Shown: positions 10,769-22,926 of the stretch, in pieces
Layout: the number at the start of each line of letters is the position of its first letter
Position numbering within the stretch: position 1 is the stretch's first letter
Assembly: GCA_017444095.1 (NCBI GenBank)
Contig: JAFSXM010000020.1
Location: 129,482 to 193,481, forward strand
Direction: 5' to 3'
DNA length: 64,000 nt
Source: Rickettsiales bacterium
Lineage (GTDB): Bacteria; Pseudomonadota; Alphaproteobacteria; Rickettsiales; Deianiraeaceae
Position numbers and translations under genes: made by a program
The notes under the pieces: model-generated
Databases searched by the model: none
What the model was told of the DNA's origin: nothing
Seen by the model: the letters and a program-made list of their open reading frames with translations, nothing else

Positions 10769-11230
10769 TTGTATATGGATACGAGAAAAACATTTGAGGC
10801 AATCGTTGGGTTTGTCATTGTACTGTTTTGTCTTTTGTTTTCTGTAAATGTGTTTAAATCTGGGATAAAAATTAAAAACACCGAGTATAACAAATTGTTG
10901 TATGCAAAATTTAATAACATAGATGGTATAAAGGTTGGTAGTGTTGTGAAAATTGCCGGAGTTAATGTTGGTAGTGTTGAGAATATTGAATTGGACACCG
11001 GTGATTTCAATGTAAAATTAACTATGAGGTTAAGAAGCGATACAAGTATTCCTGCTGATTCAGTAATATCGGTTAACAGCGAAGGCCTGCTTGGGGGTAA
11101 GTATCTTGGCATAGAGACTGGAATTGAAGAAACATATTTGCAAAATGGTGAATATTTCAGTTCAACACAATCTACAATGAATATAGAAAAATTGATAGGT
11201 AAAGTTGTTGCTTCTTTTACCACAAAATAA
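10769..11230 (+). CDS. mlaD: MlaD/Mce-domain protein (phospholipid transport, periplasmic substrate-binding component)
   Basis: Single N-terminal TM, then an Mce domain (…IDGIKVGSVVKIAGVNVGSVENIELD…SIPADSVISVNSEGLLGGKYLGIE…). Confidence 0.7.
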   Translation: MYMDTRKTFEAIVGFVIVLFCLLFSVNVFKSGIKIKNTEYNKLLYAKFNNIDGIKVGSVVKIAGVNVGSVENIELDTGDFNVKLTMRLRSDTSIPADSVISVNSEGLLGGKYLGIETGIEETYLQNGEYFSSTQSTMNIEKLIGKVVASFTTK

Positions 11231-12247
<1,017 letters not shown>

Positions 12248-12251
12248 TTGT

Positions 12252-12815
12252 ATGAGTGATGGTAAAACAAATGTGTTAAAGAATATTAAAAAAGTTAATT
12301 CAAGTAAGAATAAAACAACAAAAGTGATTTCAAATAATAAAAAAGATAAGCATACATTACAACCGAAGCAACAATGGAAATACCTAAAATTTGAAAAGTT
12401 AGTTCGTGATAGAAACATTGATACAATAAGAGCATCAGGAGGAGATTTAATTTATGACTTGCTGTCAAATGAAAAGAAAATTTTTTACTTAAAGCAAAAG
12501 CTGATAGAAGAAGCTATGGAGGTATTTGAAGCGAAAAATGATATTGAATTCGCAGATGAACTTGGAGATGTGCTTGATGTGCTAAAAGAGCTAATAAAAA
12601 CAGCAAAAGTGAGGAGATATAAGATATGGCGAGCACAAAGAAAAAAAGCGAAATTTAGAGGGAAATTTAAAAAAGGTATTTATTGTCATTATGTCAAACT
12701 TCCTTATGAATTAAAAGAAAAGTGGATGGAAAAATACGAAGACATTACTGATGATATTGAGAAAAAATTAAAGCCAAAAAATTTCACAAAAAAAACAAAC
12801 AACAAAAAGAAATAA
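12252..12815 (+). CDS. MazG-like nucleotide pyrophosphohydrolase (house-cleaning NTP-PPase family), with a K-rich tail
   Basis: KLVRDRNIDTIRASGGD… and EEAMEVFEA…EFADELGDVLDVLKELI match the MazG/HisE-like EEXXE…D signature. Start is moved to the ATG at 12252, because the track ORF from 12210 overlaps the obg stop. Confidence 0.5.
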   Translation: MSDGKTNVLKNIKKVNSSKNKTTKVISNNKKDKHTLQPKQQWKYLKFEKLVRDRNIDTIRASGGDLIYDLLSNEKKIFYLKQKLIEEAMEVFEAKNDIEFADELGDVLDVLKELIKTAKVRRYKIWRAQRKKAKFRGKFKKGIYCHYVKLPYELKEKWMEKYEDITDDIEKKLKPKNFTKKTNNKKK

Positions 12816-12836
12816 AAAATAATCATACATACTAAT

Positions 12837-13751
12837 ATGGCATTTCAAAAAAAGACATTTTTGCCAAAATGTAAAAAGTTTATAAACGAAAACAAATATC
12901 TTTTTGCAGTTATTCTATTTTTAACAGGAACTGGGCTTCATACACTACACACGGTGTTAATCAAATCAATTGGTGCAAAAACAGAATGTAGTACTTATGA
13001 AATTTTATTTTTACGAGGTTTTTTTACATTTATAATTCTTACTCCATTTTTTTTAGCTAAAAAAGTAAAATTTATTACAAAACAGCAGTTTTTACCAAAT
13101 TTAATTGTAGCTATGTTTTCGATATGTGCCACATATTGCTGGCACTATGGGTTAAGTATGGTGCCGATAAATAACGGAATTATTATCAATTTTCTATTAC
13201 CAATGACGACTTCAATAGTGGCATTTTTTTTAATAAAAGAAAAATTATCGAAAGAGTTAATCGTTTCAATTATTATATGTTTTTTAACAATATCTTTTGC
13301 ATACGGATTTACCAGCTCATTTAACATTGGATATTTGCTTCTTGCTGTTGATATTGTATCATACTCAATGTACGTTGTGCTGTCAAAACGACTAATTTTA
13401 CAAAAACAATCTCCTGTTAGTTTGTTGTATTTTAAAGTAATTATAATCTGTATAATTTCATTACCTGTTTTCCCGAGTTTAACAGATAAGATTTTAGCTG
13501 ATTATAATATACTTACATCAACATTTTTAACCACTTTATTTTATATCGCTGAAGCTTTACTGATTTTAAAGGCATACACATACACACAAGTTTTATCCTT
13601 GCAACCTCTTTACTATACAAGAATTATATTTGCATCTATATTTTCATATTTATTACTTGGCGAGATGTTAACTTTGCGACAGATTTTAACAGCTATTATA
13701 ATTATATTAGTAAATTTAAACCTGATAAGAATTTTTAGAAAAAAAATATAA
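12837..13751 (+). CDS. EamA/DMT-superfamily transporter (10 TM)
   Basis: Two repeated 5-TM halves are typical of the EamA family. Rickettsiales metabolite transporters (for example the SAM carrier) belong to this family. Confidence 0.55.
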   Translation: MAFQKKTFLPKCKKFINENKYLFAVILFLTGTGLHTLHTVLIKSIGAKTECSTYEILFLRGFFTFIILTPFFLAKKVKFITKQQFLPNLIVAMFSICATYCWHYGLSMVPINNGIIINFLLPMTTSIVAFFLIKEKLSKELIVSIIICFLTISFAYGFTSSFNIGYLLLAVDIVSYSMYVVLSKRLILQKQSPVSLLYFKVIIICIISLPVFPSLTDKILADYNILTSTFLTTLFYIAEALLILKAYTYTQVLSLQPLYYTRIIFASIFSYLLLGEMLTLRQILTAIIIILVNLNLIRIFRKKI

Positions 13752-14034
13752 CATTTGCTTTATTATTGATTCGCATATATAATAGATTATGCAAGAACAA
13801 TTAAATAACAAGAATAAGATAAGAAGCAGAAACCATTTTTGTTAAACAATACAATATGGAAATCATAAGCATAACATATAAGAATATATTTAACTATGTT
13901 GTCTATAAATGTTCTTTATTAAGAACAACAATTAAAACCTTAAAATAATTTTTTTTAATGTGTAATTTTTGATGTATGTTTTTTTTAACTATTGAAAATA
14001 ATTTTTCCATTACAAATACAAACACGATTATAGT

Positions 14035-16476
14035 GTGAAATTATTTATAGTTGAATCACCTGCTAAGGCTAAAACAATAGGGCAATATTTGGGGAAAGAG
14101 TTTGTTGTTATAGCATCATTGGGACATATTCGTGAATTGGTTAGAGCAGATGGCTCTATCGATGTAAACGATAATTTTAAAATGAAATATCAGTTAATTG
14201 CTAAGGCAAAAGCACAGGTGAATAAAATTGTTGATTTGGCAAGGAAATCAAATGAGATATACTTAGCGAGCGACCCAGATAGAGAAGGCGAGGCCATAGC
14301 ACAATCTTTATACGATGTGTTGTTGCAAAAAAAAGTCGCTAAACCAAATCAATTTTATCGTATAACATATAATGAAATTACGAAAACGGCAATACAGAAT
14401 GCTTTAAAAAACACAAGGAATATAGATAACAACCTTGTAGATGCACAGCAATCACGACAAGCATTGGATTATTTGGTTGGTTTTAATTTATCGCCTGTTT
14501 TATGGAGAAAATTACCCGGTAGTCGTTCGGCCGGTAGGGTGCAATCGGTTGCATTAAGAATGATTGTTGACAGAGAGTTTGAAATAAAAAAATTTATTCC
14601 AGAAGAATATTGGACTATAAATTGCGATTTAAAAACACAAAAGCACGAAAAAGTTGAGTGTAGGATTATAAAATATAATGATAATATTTTTGACACAAAG
14701 TATCCTGCTAATGAAAAAACAGCTGATGAGATTTGTAATTTTCTTCAAACAGCAAAGGAATGTGTTGTTGTTAAGAATGAAACAAAGGATGTAAAACAAA
14801 ACCCATATCCACCATTTACAACATCATTATTACAGCAAGATGCTGTTAGAAAACTTGGTTTTTCAAGCAAAAAAACAATGACATTAGCACAACGGCTTTA
14901 TGAAGGGGTGCAAATCAATGGAAACACGATAGCATTGATTACTTATATGAGAACTGACGGAATGTCATTGAGTAATGATGCTGTGGTTGGCATAAGAAAG
15001 ATTATAAAAAGCGATTTTGGAGATGAATATTTGCCAAATAATGCTATTGCATATAAAACAAAAGCTAAAAATGCACAAGAAGCTCACGAAGCTATTAGAC
15101 CAACACATATAGACATAAAACCAAATGAAATTAAAGACCAGCTGGAATACGATATGTGGAGACTTTATGATTTGATATGGAAAAGAACAGTTGCCTGCCA
15201 AATGAATAGTGCAGTGTTTTCACGACAAACGATTGATTTAGAGACGAAAAATAATGGCAATCTTGCAATATCAAGAATAAACGGCAGTCAATTAAAGTTT
15301 AATGGTTATTTAGCGGTTTATAATATTAAAAACGAACATTATGAAGAAGGCGATGTTAATGATGATGATAGGCTAATACCATCAATGGCGGTTGGCGATA
15401 AGTTATTGATAGAAAAAACAAATAAACAACAGCATTTCACAAATCCACCAGCAAGATTTACAGAGGCAAGTTTAATTAAAACATTGGAGAGCTATGGAAT
15501 AGGGCGACCTTCAACTTATGCAACGATTATTTCCGTTCTGCAAGATAGGGAGTATGTTGAACTTAATAAACGACAATTCATACCAACATCGAGAGGTGTT
15601 GTTGTGTCGGTTTTTTTAAAACAATTTTTTGCAAAATATGTAGAATATACTTTTACAGCAAAACTTGAAGAAGATTTAGATTTAATATCTAATGGAGAGC
15701 TTAACCGAATTGAATTTTTAAAAACATTCTGGAAAGATTTTAAGATAAATGTTTATAATGTAATGAAAGAACAGAGAGAGGATATTTTTGATAAAATGGA
15801 AGATGTGTTTGTAAAATACTTTATAGGAGGTGATGAAAGTTCTGTAAAATGTCCTAAGTGTGAAAATGGTAAACTTATCTTAAAAAGTAGCAAATATGGA
15901 GTATTTTTTGGTTGCAATAATTATCCAAAATGCACTTATATGAAAAGTATAGATAACACATCAAGCAGTAATGATGGTGGCGGTAATGATAATGGTAAAC
16001 AAGATTTTGAAAGTAGCAAATATGGTAAAATTGTAATTAAAAGTGGAAAATATGGCAGATATTGTGAGTTCATTAAAGATGGTAAGCCAAAATCAGTTTC
16101 ATTACCAGATGGTGAATTGAACAATGATATTGTGGATTTTTACATTGAATTACCAAAAGTAATTGGAACCGATAATAATGGCAATGATGTTGTTGTTGGT
16201 GTAGGTAGGTTTGGACCATATGTGTTATGTGAAAAACGATTTTATTCTTACAAAAAAACACCTTTTCACGAAATTACACTTGAAGATGCAATGGATATTA
16301 TCGATGCTTTAAAGAATAAGCCAAAACGAGCTTTTGGAAAATCAACCAAAAAAACAAAACAGACTGTAACAAAAAGTGAAAGCAATGTCAATAAAACTAA
16401 AAGTAAAACAAAAACCAGTATTAAAGGCAAAAAGAAAGTAGTAACGAAAGTTAGTTCTAAAAAGAAAAGAGCATAA
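14035..16476 (+). CDS. topA: DNA topoisomerase I, GTG start, C-terminal zinc ribbons and Lys-rich tail
   Basis: Toprim N-terminus KLFIVESPAKAKTIGQYLG. Active-site region …SRQALDYLVGFNLSPVLWRK… Cys4 fingers CPKCENGKL…CNNYPKC. Confidence 0.9.
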   Translation: MKLFIVESPAKAKTIGQYLGKEFVVIASLGHIRELVRADGSIDVNDNFKMKYQLIAKAKAQVNKIVDLARKSNEIYLASDPDREGEAIAQSLYDVLLQKKVAKPNQFYRITYNEITKTAIQNALKNTRNIDNNLVDAQQSRQALDYLVGFNLSPVLWRKLPGSRSAGRVQSVALRMIVDREFEIKKFIPEEYWTINCDLKTQKHEKVECRIIKYNDNIFDTKYPANEKTADEICNFLQTAKECVVVKNETKDVKQNPYPPFTTSLLQQDAVRKLGFSSKKTMTLAQRLYEGVQINGNTIALITYMRTDGMSLSNDAVVGIRKIIKSDFGDEYLPNNAIAYKTKAKNAQEAHEAIRPTHIDIKPNEIKDQLEYDMWRLYDLIWKRTVACQMNSAVFSRQTIDLETKNNGNLAISRINGSQLKFNGYLAVYNIKNEHYEEGDVNDDDRLIPSMAVGDKLLIEKTNKQQHFTNPPARFTEASLIKTLESYGIGRPSTYATIISVLQDREYVELNKRQFIPTSRGVVVSVFLKQFFAKYVEYTFTAKLEEDLDLISNGELNRIEFLKTFWKDFKINVYNVMKEQREDIFDKMEDVFVKYFIGGDESSVKCPKCENGKLILKSSKYGVFFGCNNYPKCTYMKSIDNTSSSNDGGGNDNGKQDFESSKYGKIVIKSGKYGRYCEFIKDGKPKSVSLPDGELNNDIVDFYIELPKVIGTDNNGNDVVVGVGRFGPYVLCEKRFYSYKKTPFHEITLEDAMDIIDALKNKPKRAFGKSTKKTKQTVTKSESNVNKTKSKTKTSIKGKKKVVTKVSSKKKRA

Positions 16477-16586
16477 ATGTTATTTCTAACATTAGTAGAA
16501 TGTGTGAAAAAAAGATAATTTATATTAGGTTTTGTGTTATTTTGAAAAACTTGCAATTTATATTTTGAATATCGTTATTTGTCTGT

Positions 16587-19340
16587 ATGGATACGGAAAA
16601 CAATAATACATTGGCACAAAATCAACAAAATGATGGTGATAGTTTATTGAAAAACGATAATACAACTAATGATAATCAAGGAATTGTAATTGCTCCAATT
16701 TCAACTGAAATGAAGGAATGCTATTTGGCTTATGCAATGAGCGTTATTGTCTCTCGTGCCATTCCAGATGTTAGAGATGGTTTAAAACCAGTGCATCGCC
16801 GTATCATGTATGCAATGAATGAAATGGGATGCAATTACAATCGCCAACCAAAAAAATCTGCTCGTATCGTTGGTGAGGTGATGGGTAAATATCATCCACA
16901 CGGAGATAGTGCTATTTATGATGCACTTGTCCGTATGGCACAGGACTTTTCAATGGGTATTCCATTGATTAACGGACAAGGTAATTTTGGCTCAATAGAC
17001 AACGATGATCCAGCAGCAATGCGATATACGGAAGCAAGATTAGCAAAAATATCGCATACTATGATGCAAGATTTGGATAAAGATACTGTTGATTTTGCAC
17101 CAAATTACGATGGGACCGAAAAAGAGCCTGTTGTGTTGCCAGTGATGTTTCCAAATATACTCGTTAATAGCACAGAAGGTATTGCTGTTGGCATGGCAAC
17201 AAACATTCCGCCACATAATCTTGGTGAGGTTATGGATGCTTGTTTGGCTTATGCTAAAAACCCTGAAATTTCACCGCATGAGCTTGTAAATATTGTTCCA
17301 GCACCTGATTTTCCAACAGGTGGCATTATTTTGAGTAAAAATATAGCACGACAAGCAATGTTGACTGGACGGGGGACAATACCTGTTAGAGGGAAAACAC
17401 ATATTGAAGAATTAAAAGGTGGTAGAGAGGCTATTGTTATTGATGAGATACCATACAATGTAGTAAAAGTTGATATGGTTAAAAGAATTGCTGATTTGGT
17501 TAAGGAGAAAAAAATTGAAGGAATATCAAATATTCGCGATGAAAGTAATAAACACGGCATCCGTGTGGTGATAGAGTTAAAAAAAGACACATCAACTGAG
17601 ATTGTTTTAAATCATTTGTATAAGTACTCACAACTACAATCATCGTTTGCTGTAAATATGCTCGTGTTAAACAAAAATCGCCCAGAGCTGATGAATTTAC
17701 ATAGCATAATTAAAACATTTATAGAATTTAGGCAAGAGGTGGTAACCAGAAGGACATTATTTTTATTAAATCAAGCAAGAGCAAGAAGCCATCTTTTAAT
17801 TGGGTTCCATGTTGCTGTTGATAATATTGATAGGGTTATTTCAATAATTAGAGGTTCAAAAGATAGTCAAGAGGCAAAAGAAAGGTTAATGAATGAAAGT
17901 TGGGTTGCAAGTGAAGCTGTTTGCAGATTGATAGATTTAGTGGCTGATAAAAACAACAAAGTTGTGGATGGAAAGTTTAAGTTTACTGACATTCAGGTTA
18001 AAGCAATACTTGAAATGAGGCTCTCCAAGCTAACTGGAATGGAAAGGGAGGCATTGTCCAAGGAGATATGTGATTTGAGTGCATCTATTGTTGATTATCT
18101 GGAAACATTACATAATAAAGAAAAATTGATGGGAATTATCATCAATGAATTACAACAAGTTAAGGATGAATATTCGACACCAAGAAAAACAGAAATTATA
18201 GACAGCGACATTAGTGATTTAAACATTGAAGACTTTATAGAAAAAAAAGATGTATTAGTTTCGGTTAGCAATGGAGGTTATATTAAGAGAACGGATTTGG
18301 ATAGTTATACACAACAAAGAAGAGGTGGAAAAGGAAAAATTGGAATGGAAACATTAGACGACGATAGTGTTGGAAAAATTTTTGTAGCGAACACACATTC
18401 TCCAATTTTGATTTTTACAAACAAAGGAAAAGTGTTCCGTATAAAGACATATCAAATACCAGAAACAGCCCCAAGAGCAAAGGGTAGGGCTATTGTTAAT
18501 TTTATTAAAATAGAGAGTGGTGATGGTATTGAAGAAGTTATGGCATTACCTGTTGATAAGGAAGAATGGAAAAAATATGACCTGATTTTTGCGACAAAAA
18601 AGGGTAATGTTCGTAGGAGTGCAATAGCTGATTTTGAAAATATCAATTCAAATGGAAAAATTGCTATTAACCTTGACGATGATGATAACTTAATAAGTGT
18701 TCAATTAGCCAAACACACTGACAATATTTTATTAGCGAGTAAAGAAGGAATGGCAACAAGATTTCCGGTAGACGATTTAAGGATAATTAAAAGCAGAACA
18801 AGTGATGGTGTAAGGGGTATGAATATAAAAGACGGCGATGAAGTCGTGTCTATGTGTATCCTTGGTGGAAATGAAAATGATAGCGAACTTAAAGACCAAT
18901 ATTTATCAATAGACAAGGATTTAAGATTGGAAATTTGGAAAAATGGCATAGACAATCTGGAAATTCAAAGCAAACTTGCGGAGCTTGAAAAACAAGAAGG
19001 ATGGAAGTTGACAAAAGAACAAATTAAAAAAATGATAGACGAAGAACAAATGTTGCTAACTATAACCACAGATGGTATGGGTAAAAGGTCAAGTGCATAT
19101 GAATATCGTATAACCGGCAGAGGAGGGAAAGGTATTAACAATATCAACTTGCAAAAAGGTGCAAATGTCGTCATAACGGCTGTTGCGGACAATACAAAAG
19201 AGGTCATTATGATTAGTAATAAGGGGCAAACCATAAGAATAAGTGCGAATGATGTAAGAGTAATAGGTAGAAACACAAAAGGTGTTAATGTTTTTGATTT
19301 AAAAGATGGCGAATATATTAGTTCAGTTACCATTGTTTAG
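16587..19340 (+). CDS. gyrA: DNA gyrase subunit A
   Basis: [24 protein letters not shown]… with the QRDR-like …[20 protein letters not shown]… Length is 917 aa with C-terminal beta-pinwheel repeats. Confidence 0.92.
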   Translation: MDTENNNTLAQNQQNDGDSLLKNDNTTNDNQGIVIAPISTEMKECYLAYAMSVIVSRAIPDVRDGLKPVHRRIMYAMNEMGCNYNRQPKKSARIVGEVMGKYHPHGDSAIYDALVRMAQDFSMGIPLINGQGNFGSIDNDDPAAMRYTEARLAKISHTMMQDLDKDTVDFAPNYDGTEKEPVVLPVMFPNILVNSTEGIAVGMATNIPPHNLGEVMDACLAYAKNPEISPHELVNIVPAPDFPTGGIILSKNIARQAMLTGRGTIPVRGKTHIEELKGGREAIVIDEIPYNVVKVDMVKRIADLVKEKKIEGISNIRDESNKHGIRVVIELKKDTSTEIVLNHLYKYSQLQSSFAVNMLVLNKNRPELMNLHSIIKTFIEFRQEVVTRRTLFLLNQARARSHLLIGFHVAVDNIDRVISIIRGSKDSQEAKERLMNESWVASEAVCRLIDLVADKNNKVVDGKFKFTDIQVKAILEMRLSKLTGMEREALSKEICDLSASIVDYLETLHNKEKLMGIIINELQQVKDEYSTPRKTEIIDSDISDLNIEDFIEKKDVLVSVSNGGYIKRTDLDSYTQQRRGGKGKIGMETLDDDSVGKIFVANTHSPILIFTNKGKVFRIKTYQIPETAPRAKGRAIVNFIKIESGDGIEEVMALPVDKEEWKKYDLIFATKKGNVRRSAIADFENINSNGKIAINLDDDDNLISVQLAKHTDNILLASKEGMATRFPVDDLRIIKSRTSDGVRGMNIKDGDEVVSMCILGGNENDSELKDQYLSIDKDLRLEIWKNGIDNLEIQSKLAELEKQEGWKLTKEQIKKMIDEEQMLLTITTDGMGKRSSAYEYRITGRGGKGINNINLQKGANVVITAVADNTKEVIMISNKGQTIRISANDVRVIGRNTKGVNVFDLKDGEYISSVTIV

Positions 19341-19346
19341 TAAAAT

Positions 19347-19982
19347 GTGATTATTATTTATATGAGGAAAATTATTTCTGTATTTTTCTTACATACTTTT
19401 TTATTCACCATCTGCCTGCATTCATCGTTGTCGTTAGAAATAACAGAAGATAAGAATTTTTATTATGTTAAAAACATCAAGTTAGAAAGTTTAATTACAA
19501 CAGAAATACCAAATGTAAAACAATACATTTTCAATCAAGTGAAACGATATGCATTTGATGAAGTGGCAAAAAAAATAGGAAAAACAAATGCCGTGCCAAG
19601 TGATGAAAATATTGATGCCTCTATATCTGGGTATAAAATAATTGATGAATATTATGATAGTGATTATTTTTCCGTTATCGCGAATTTTACATTTAATAAA
19701 GCTGTGTTAAAAGATATTGCAGAAGGTAGTAATGAAACGGATGTTAGCGATAAAGAAAACGAAATACCTGTCAATGCGATTGTTGTATTAGAAGAGGTTG
19801 GAGATGTAATAGATGAATACAATGTTTTAAAGAAATGGTTGATAAAAAACAAAATCCAGTATGTACCTTATAAAATCACATATAAACAAGTTCAGGTAAA
19901 AGTCTTTAATATAGCTGAAAATAGATTTTATGATAATTTGCGAAAATTAAACATTAACGGCTCAATGTATATTGAAGAATAA
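19347..19982 (+). CDS. hypothetical secreted protein (signal peptide)
   Basis: Hydrophobic N-terminus …ISVFFLHTFLFTICLHSSLS. Acidic mature part. Length is 211 aa. Confidence 0.4.
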   Translation: MIIIYMRKIISVFFLHTFLFTICLHSSLSLEITEDKNFYYVKNIKLESLITTEIPNVKQYIFNQVKRYAFDEVAKKIGKTNAVPSDENIDASISGYKIIDEYYDSDYFSVIANFTFNKAVLKDIAEGSNETDVSDKENEIPVNAIVVLEEVGDVIDEYNVLKKWLIKNKIQYVPYKITYKQVQVKVFNIAENRFYDNLRKLNINGSMYIEE

Positions 19983-20057
19983 CAATTACAGCAAATATTA
20001 TCATTTATCAGCACAGATAATATAAAATTATTTACATTGAGAAAAAATGAAAATAAC

Positions 20058-20426
20058 TTAATACATCATTTTTGTAAGATAAACTCTGTCTATTAAATTT
20101 TTCTCCGCACAATATTTATAAACACTTGCACCACCAATAATGAATAGTTCTGTTTCTTTTGTTTGTTCTGCAAACTTTATGCCATCTTCAATGGAACTAA
20201 AAATATAACACCCATCTAATTTGTTTATTGTCCTTGAAATAACTATATTTGTTCTATTCGGTAATGGTTTGTTTAATGATTTATATGTATTATACCCCAT
20301 TAGAATGCAATGATTGGTTGTTAATGCTTTGAAATGTTTTAAATCGTCTCTTGATTTCCAAGGTAAACCACCATTTAATCCAATTTCATTGTCGTTGCCA
20401 ATGGCTAATATTGCCGAAATAATCAT
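20058..20426 (-). pseudogene. folA: dihydrofolate reductase, C-terminally truncated (122 aa versus ~160 aa); possibly non-functional
   Basis: MIISAILAIGNDNEIGLNGGLPWKS… and …NIVISRT…IIGGASVY… align with DHFR through roughly residue 118 of the E. coli enzyme. The last two beta-strands are absent. The gene converges on the next ORF with no room for the missing part. Confidence 0.55.
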
Positions 20427-20456
20427 AACTTAACTCATCAATACTATTTTACATCA

Positions 20457-21677
20457 CTATCTTTTAACTTGTATTGACATTTTTTTCTTTTTACCAATAG
20501 ATAGCTGACAATCTGTTGTAAAAACATAATCTTTATTTATAACCACATCATCAACCCTAACACCATTTCCATCGATTAGTCGTCTTGCTTCTCCGTTTGA
20601 TTTACAAATACCATTTTCAACAAGTACAGAAACTATATTCGCATTCACATCAACCGACACACTGACGGCATTTTCTCTTTTTGATGCTTTTAGTGCCTCC
20701 TCTTCGCCACGACATATTTTTGTGGCTTCAAAGGCTAAAATTTCTTTAATAGGATTGAGTTGTTCGCCAGATAAATTTTCATACTTTTTAATTTCATCTA
20801 ATGGTAAATCAGTAAAGATTTTCAATAATTTAATCACATCTGCATCCGCACAATCACGAAAATACTGGAAGTAATCATAACTTGAAAGCTTATCTTGTCT
20901 CAACCATACAGCCCCACCAGCTGTTTTTCCCATTTTTGTCCCATCAGATTTAGTTAATATATTCAATGTTATACCAAAGACATTGACATCTTCTTCGTTT
21001 GCAACTTTGCGACTATCAACTGATTTTCGTCTTATCAATTCGCACCCTTGAATAATATTTCCCCATTGATCGCTACCACCAACCTGAATATTACAACCAT
21101 AATTATTATTTAAATAATAAAAATCATATCCTTGTATTAACATATAGTTAAATTCAAAGAATGTATATGGAAGGTTATTATCAAGTCTTCGCTTTACAAT
21201 ATCCATATTTATCATTTTGTTAATTGTGAAACAAACACCAATTTCTCGCAAAAACCAAATATAATTTATATTTAACAACCAAGTAGCATTGTCAATTATA
21301 ATTAGATTATCAACAAATATGCCTTCCTGTTGTTGTTCTAAATCTCTATTGAATATCTGTGACAAACATTTTTTTATTCCATCTTTATTTACAGAAATTT
21401 GTTCCTCATTTAACATTTTCCTCATTTCATTCTTATCGCTTGGGTCGCCAATTCTTGTCGTTCCACCACCAAGAACAATGATTACTTTATGTCCTTTTTT
21501 TAGTAAAAATCGCATCAACATTAAAGGCATTAGATGACCTACATGCAAACTATCGGCTGTTAAATCCGTTCCAACATAAAAAGTTTGCTGTCCTGTTTCC
21601 ATTAGTTGATTTAATTTTTCAAAACCAGTGCAGTCTTTGATAAATCCACGAGCTTGCAGTTCTTCTAATGTAGTCAT
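20457..21677 (-). CDS. tyrS: tyrosine--tRNA ligase
   Basis: HIGH-type motif …GTDLTADSLHVGHLMPLM… KMSKS-like …KMGKTAG… C-terminal S4 domain. Confidence 0.88.
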   Translation of the reverse strand: MTTLEELQARGFIKDCTGFEKLNQLMETGQQTFYVGTDLTADSLHVGHLMPLMLMRFLLKKGHKVIIVLGGGTTRIGDPSDKNEMRKMLNEEQISVNKDGIKKCLSQIFNRDLEQQQEGIFVDNLIIIDNATWLLNINYIWFLREIGVCFTINKMINMDIVKRRLDNNLPYTFFEFNYMLIQGYDFYYLNNNYGCNIQVGGSDQWGNIIQGCELIRRKSVDSRKVANEEDVNVFGITLNILTKSDGTKMGKTAGGAVWLRQDKLSSYDYFQYFRDCADADVIKLLKIFTDLPLDEIKKYENLSGEQLNPIKEILAFEATKICRGEEEALKASKRENAVSVSVDVNANIVSVLVENGICKSNGEARRLIDGNGVRVDDVVINKDYVFTTDCQLSIGKKKKMSIQVKR

Positions 21678-22115
21678 ATAAGATGAATTGATGAATGATA
21701 AAATAAAAGTAAAGTTGAAAAAATATTGACCATCACTTTCAAGAGGGTGAGAAAATATTTTTATAAATTTTATAAAAAAAAACTTTTATTATTTTATTTT
21801 TTACATAAACTTATACTTGTAATAAGTATTGTTTATGTGTGAAAATTGTTCTTCAAATGCAAAAAATGTTAGTAATGTCTCAACGGCTAATAATAGAATG
21901 AGTAATTTTTTCAAAAAAAGAAAAGATTTACTTATAAAAAGAGACACTGATGCCGTTAGAAGTTTAAATGAAAGAGGGACTTTGGTTAATCCTTATGCAA
22001 ATAGTCTTGTGAAAAAAACAAAATCTACAATGATTGCGGTAAGATAATTTTTTTTAAATTTATTTTAACCAAACATATCAACCTGATTTTGATGTATGTG
22101 AATTGGGAGAAATAT

Positions 22116-22886
22116 TTAAAAATCCAATTCCCTATAATGTTCAGCTGGTCTTATATCCTGCAAAGAGTCGTATAATAAATCTCTAAAAATCGGTTTTGAC
22201 TTGATAACAGAATACCATTCTTTTAGGGTAGGGTAAGCTTGCCAATCAATTTCTCCTAAGTAATCGAGTGATGAAATATGACAAGCCAATGTTATATCGG
22301 CAAAAGTAAACTTATCGTTAACAATGTTACCTCTGTTTGAAATTAACTTCTCAAATACATTAAAATACTGCTCTCCGTTTCTTCTGGCTATTCTTATGAC
22401 ATCAACATTTGCATTACGAGTTTTTTTATAAAACACATAAACTCTTTCATTTAAAATAGGAAAAACTACATCTTCATAGAAATTTTTATCAAACCATTCG
22501 CAATATTTTAAAATATTCGCTCGCTCTTCAAGATTTCCATTTATAAAAGTTTTATCAGGGTATTTGTCGTTTAAATATCTAATAATTGTATTATATCCCC
22601 ATATTGCATTTGTGTCTTTATTGCTATCTTCATCAACCTTTTGCACGACAAACAAAGGAACATTGCCTGTTGGGTTTATATTTAAAAATTTTTCCCTTTT
22701 TTCCCAAGCTTTTTCAATTTTTAAATAACAAGTTTTTATTGCACCGGTGATTTCCAACATTACACGAATAGTTCTACAAAAAGGGCAAATTGGAAAATGA
22801 TATAAACAAGTATTTTCTTGTATTTGCATAGTATATGCTATTCTTATAAAGAAGAGAAAACAAGCATTATTAAATGTCAATTGCAA
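22116..22886 (-). CDS. glutathione S-transferase / glutaredoxin-2-like thioredoxin-fold protein
   Basis: …LYHFPICPFCRTIRVMLEI… thioredoxin-fold active-site region, plus a GST C-terminal helical domain. The true start is probably the internal Met (MQIQEN…, near 22829). Confidence 0.55.
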   Translation of the reverse strand: MQLTFNNACFLFFIRIAYTMQIQENTCLYHFPICPFCRTIRVMLEITGAIKTCYLKIEKAWEKREKFLNINPTGNVPLFVVQKVDEDSNKDTNAIWGYNTIIRYLNDKYPDKTFINGNLEERANILKYCEWFDKNFYEDVVFPILNERVYVFYKKTRNANVDVIRIARRNGEQYFNVFEKLISNRGNIVNDKFTFADITLACHISSLDYLGEIDWQAYPTLKEWYSVIKSKPIFRDLLYDSLQDIRPAEHYRELDF

Positions 22887-22926
22887 TTATTAACTAACTT
22901 GTTAATATAAATTAACACAATAAGAT

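Noticed and set aside
21829-22047. 72-aa plus-strand ORF in the tyrS/GST intergenic region.
   Set aside because: No supporting features. The composition looks like AT-rich noise and it overlaps a probable promoter region. Left uncalled.
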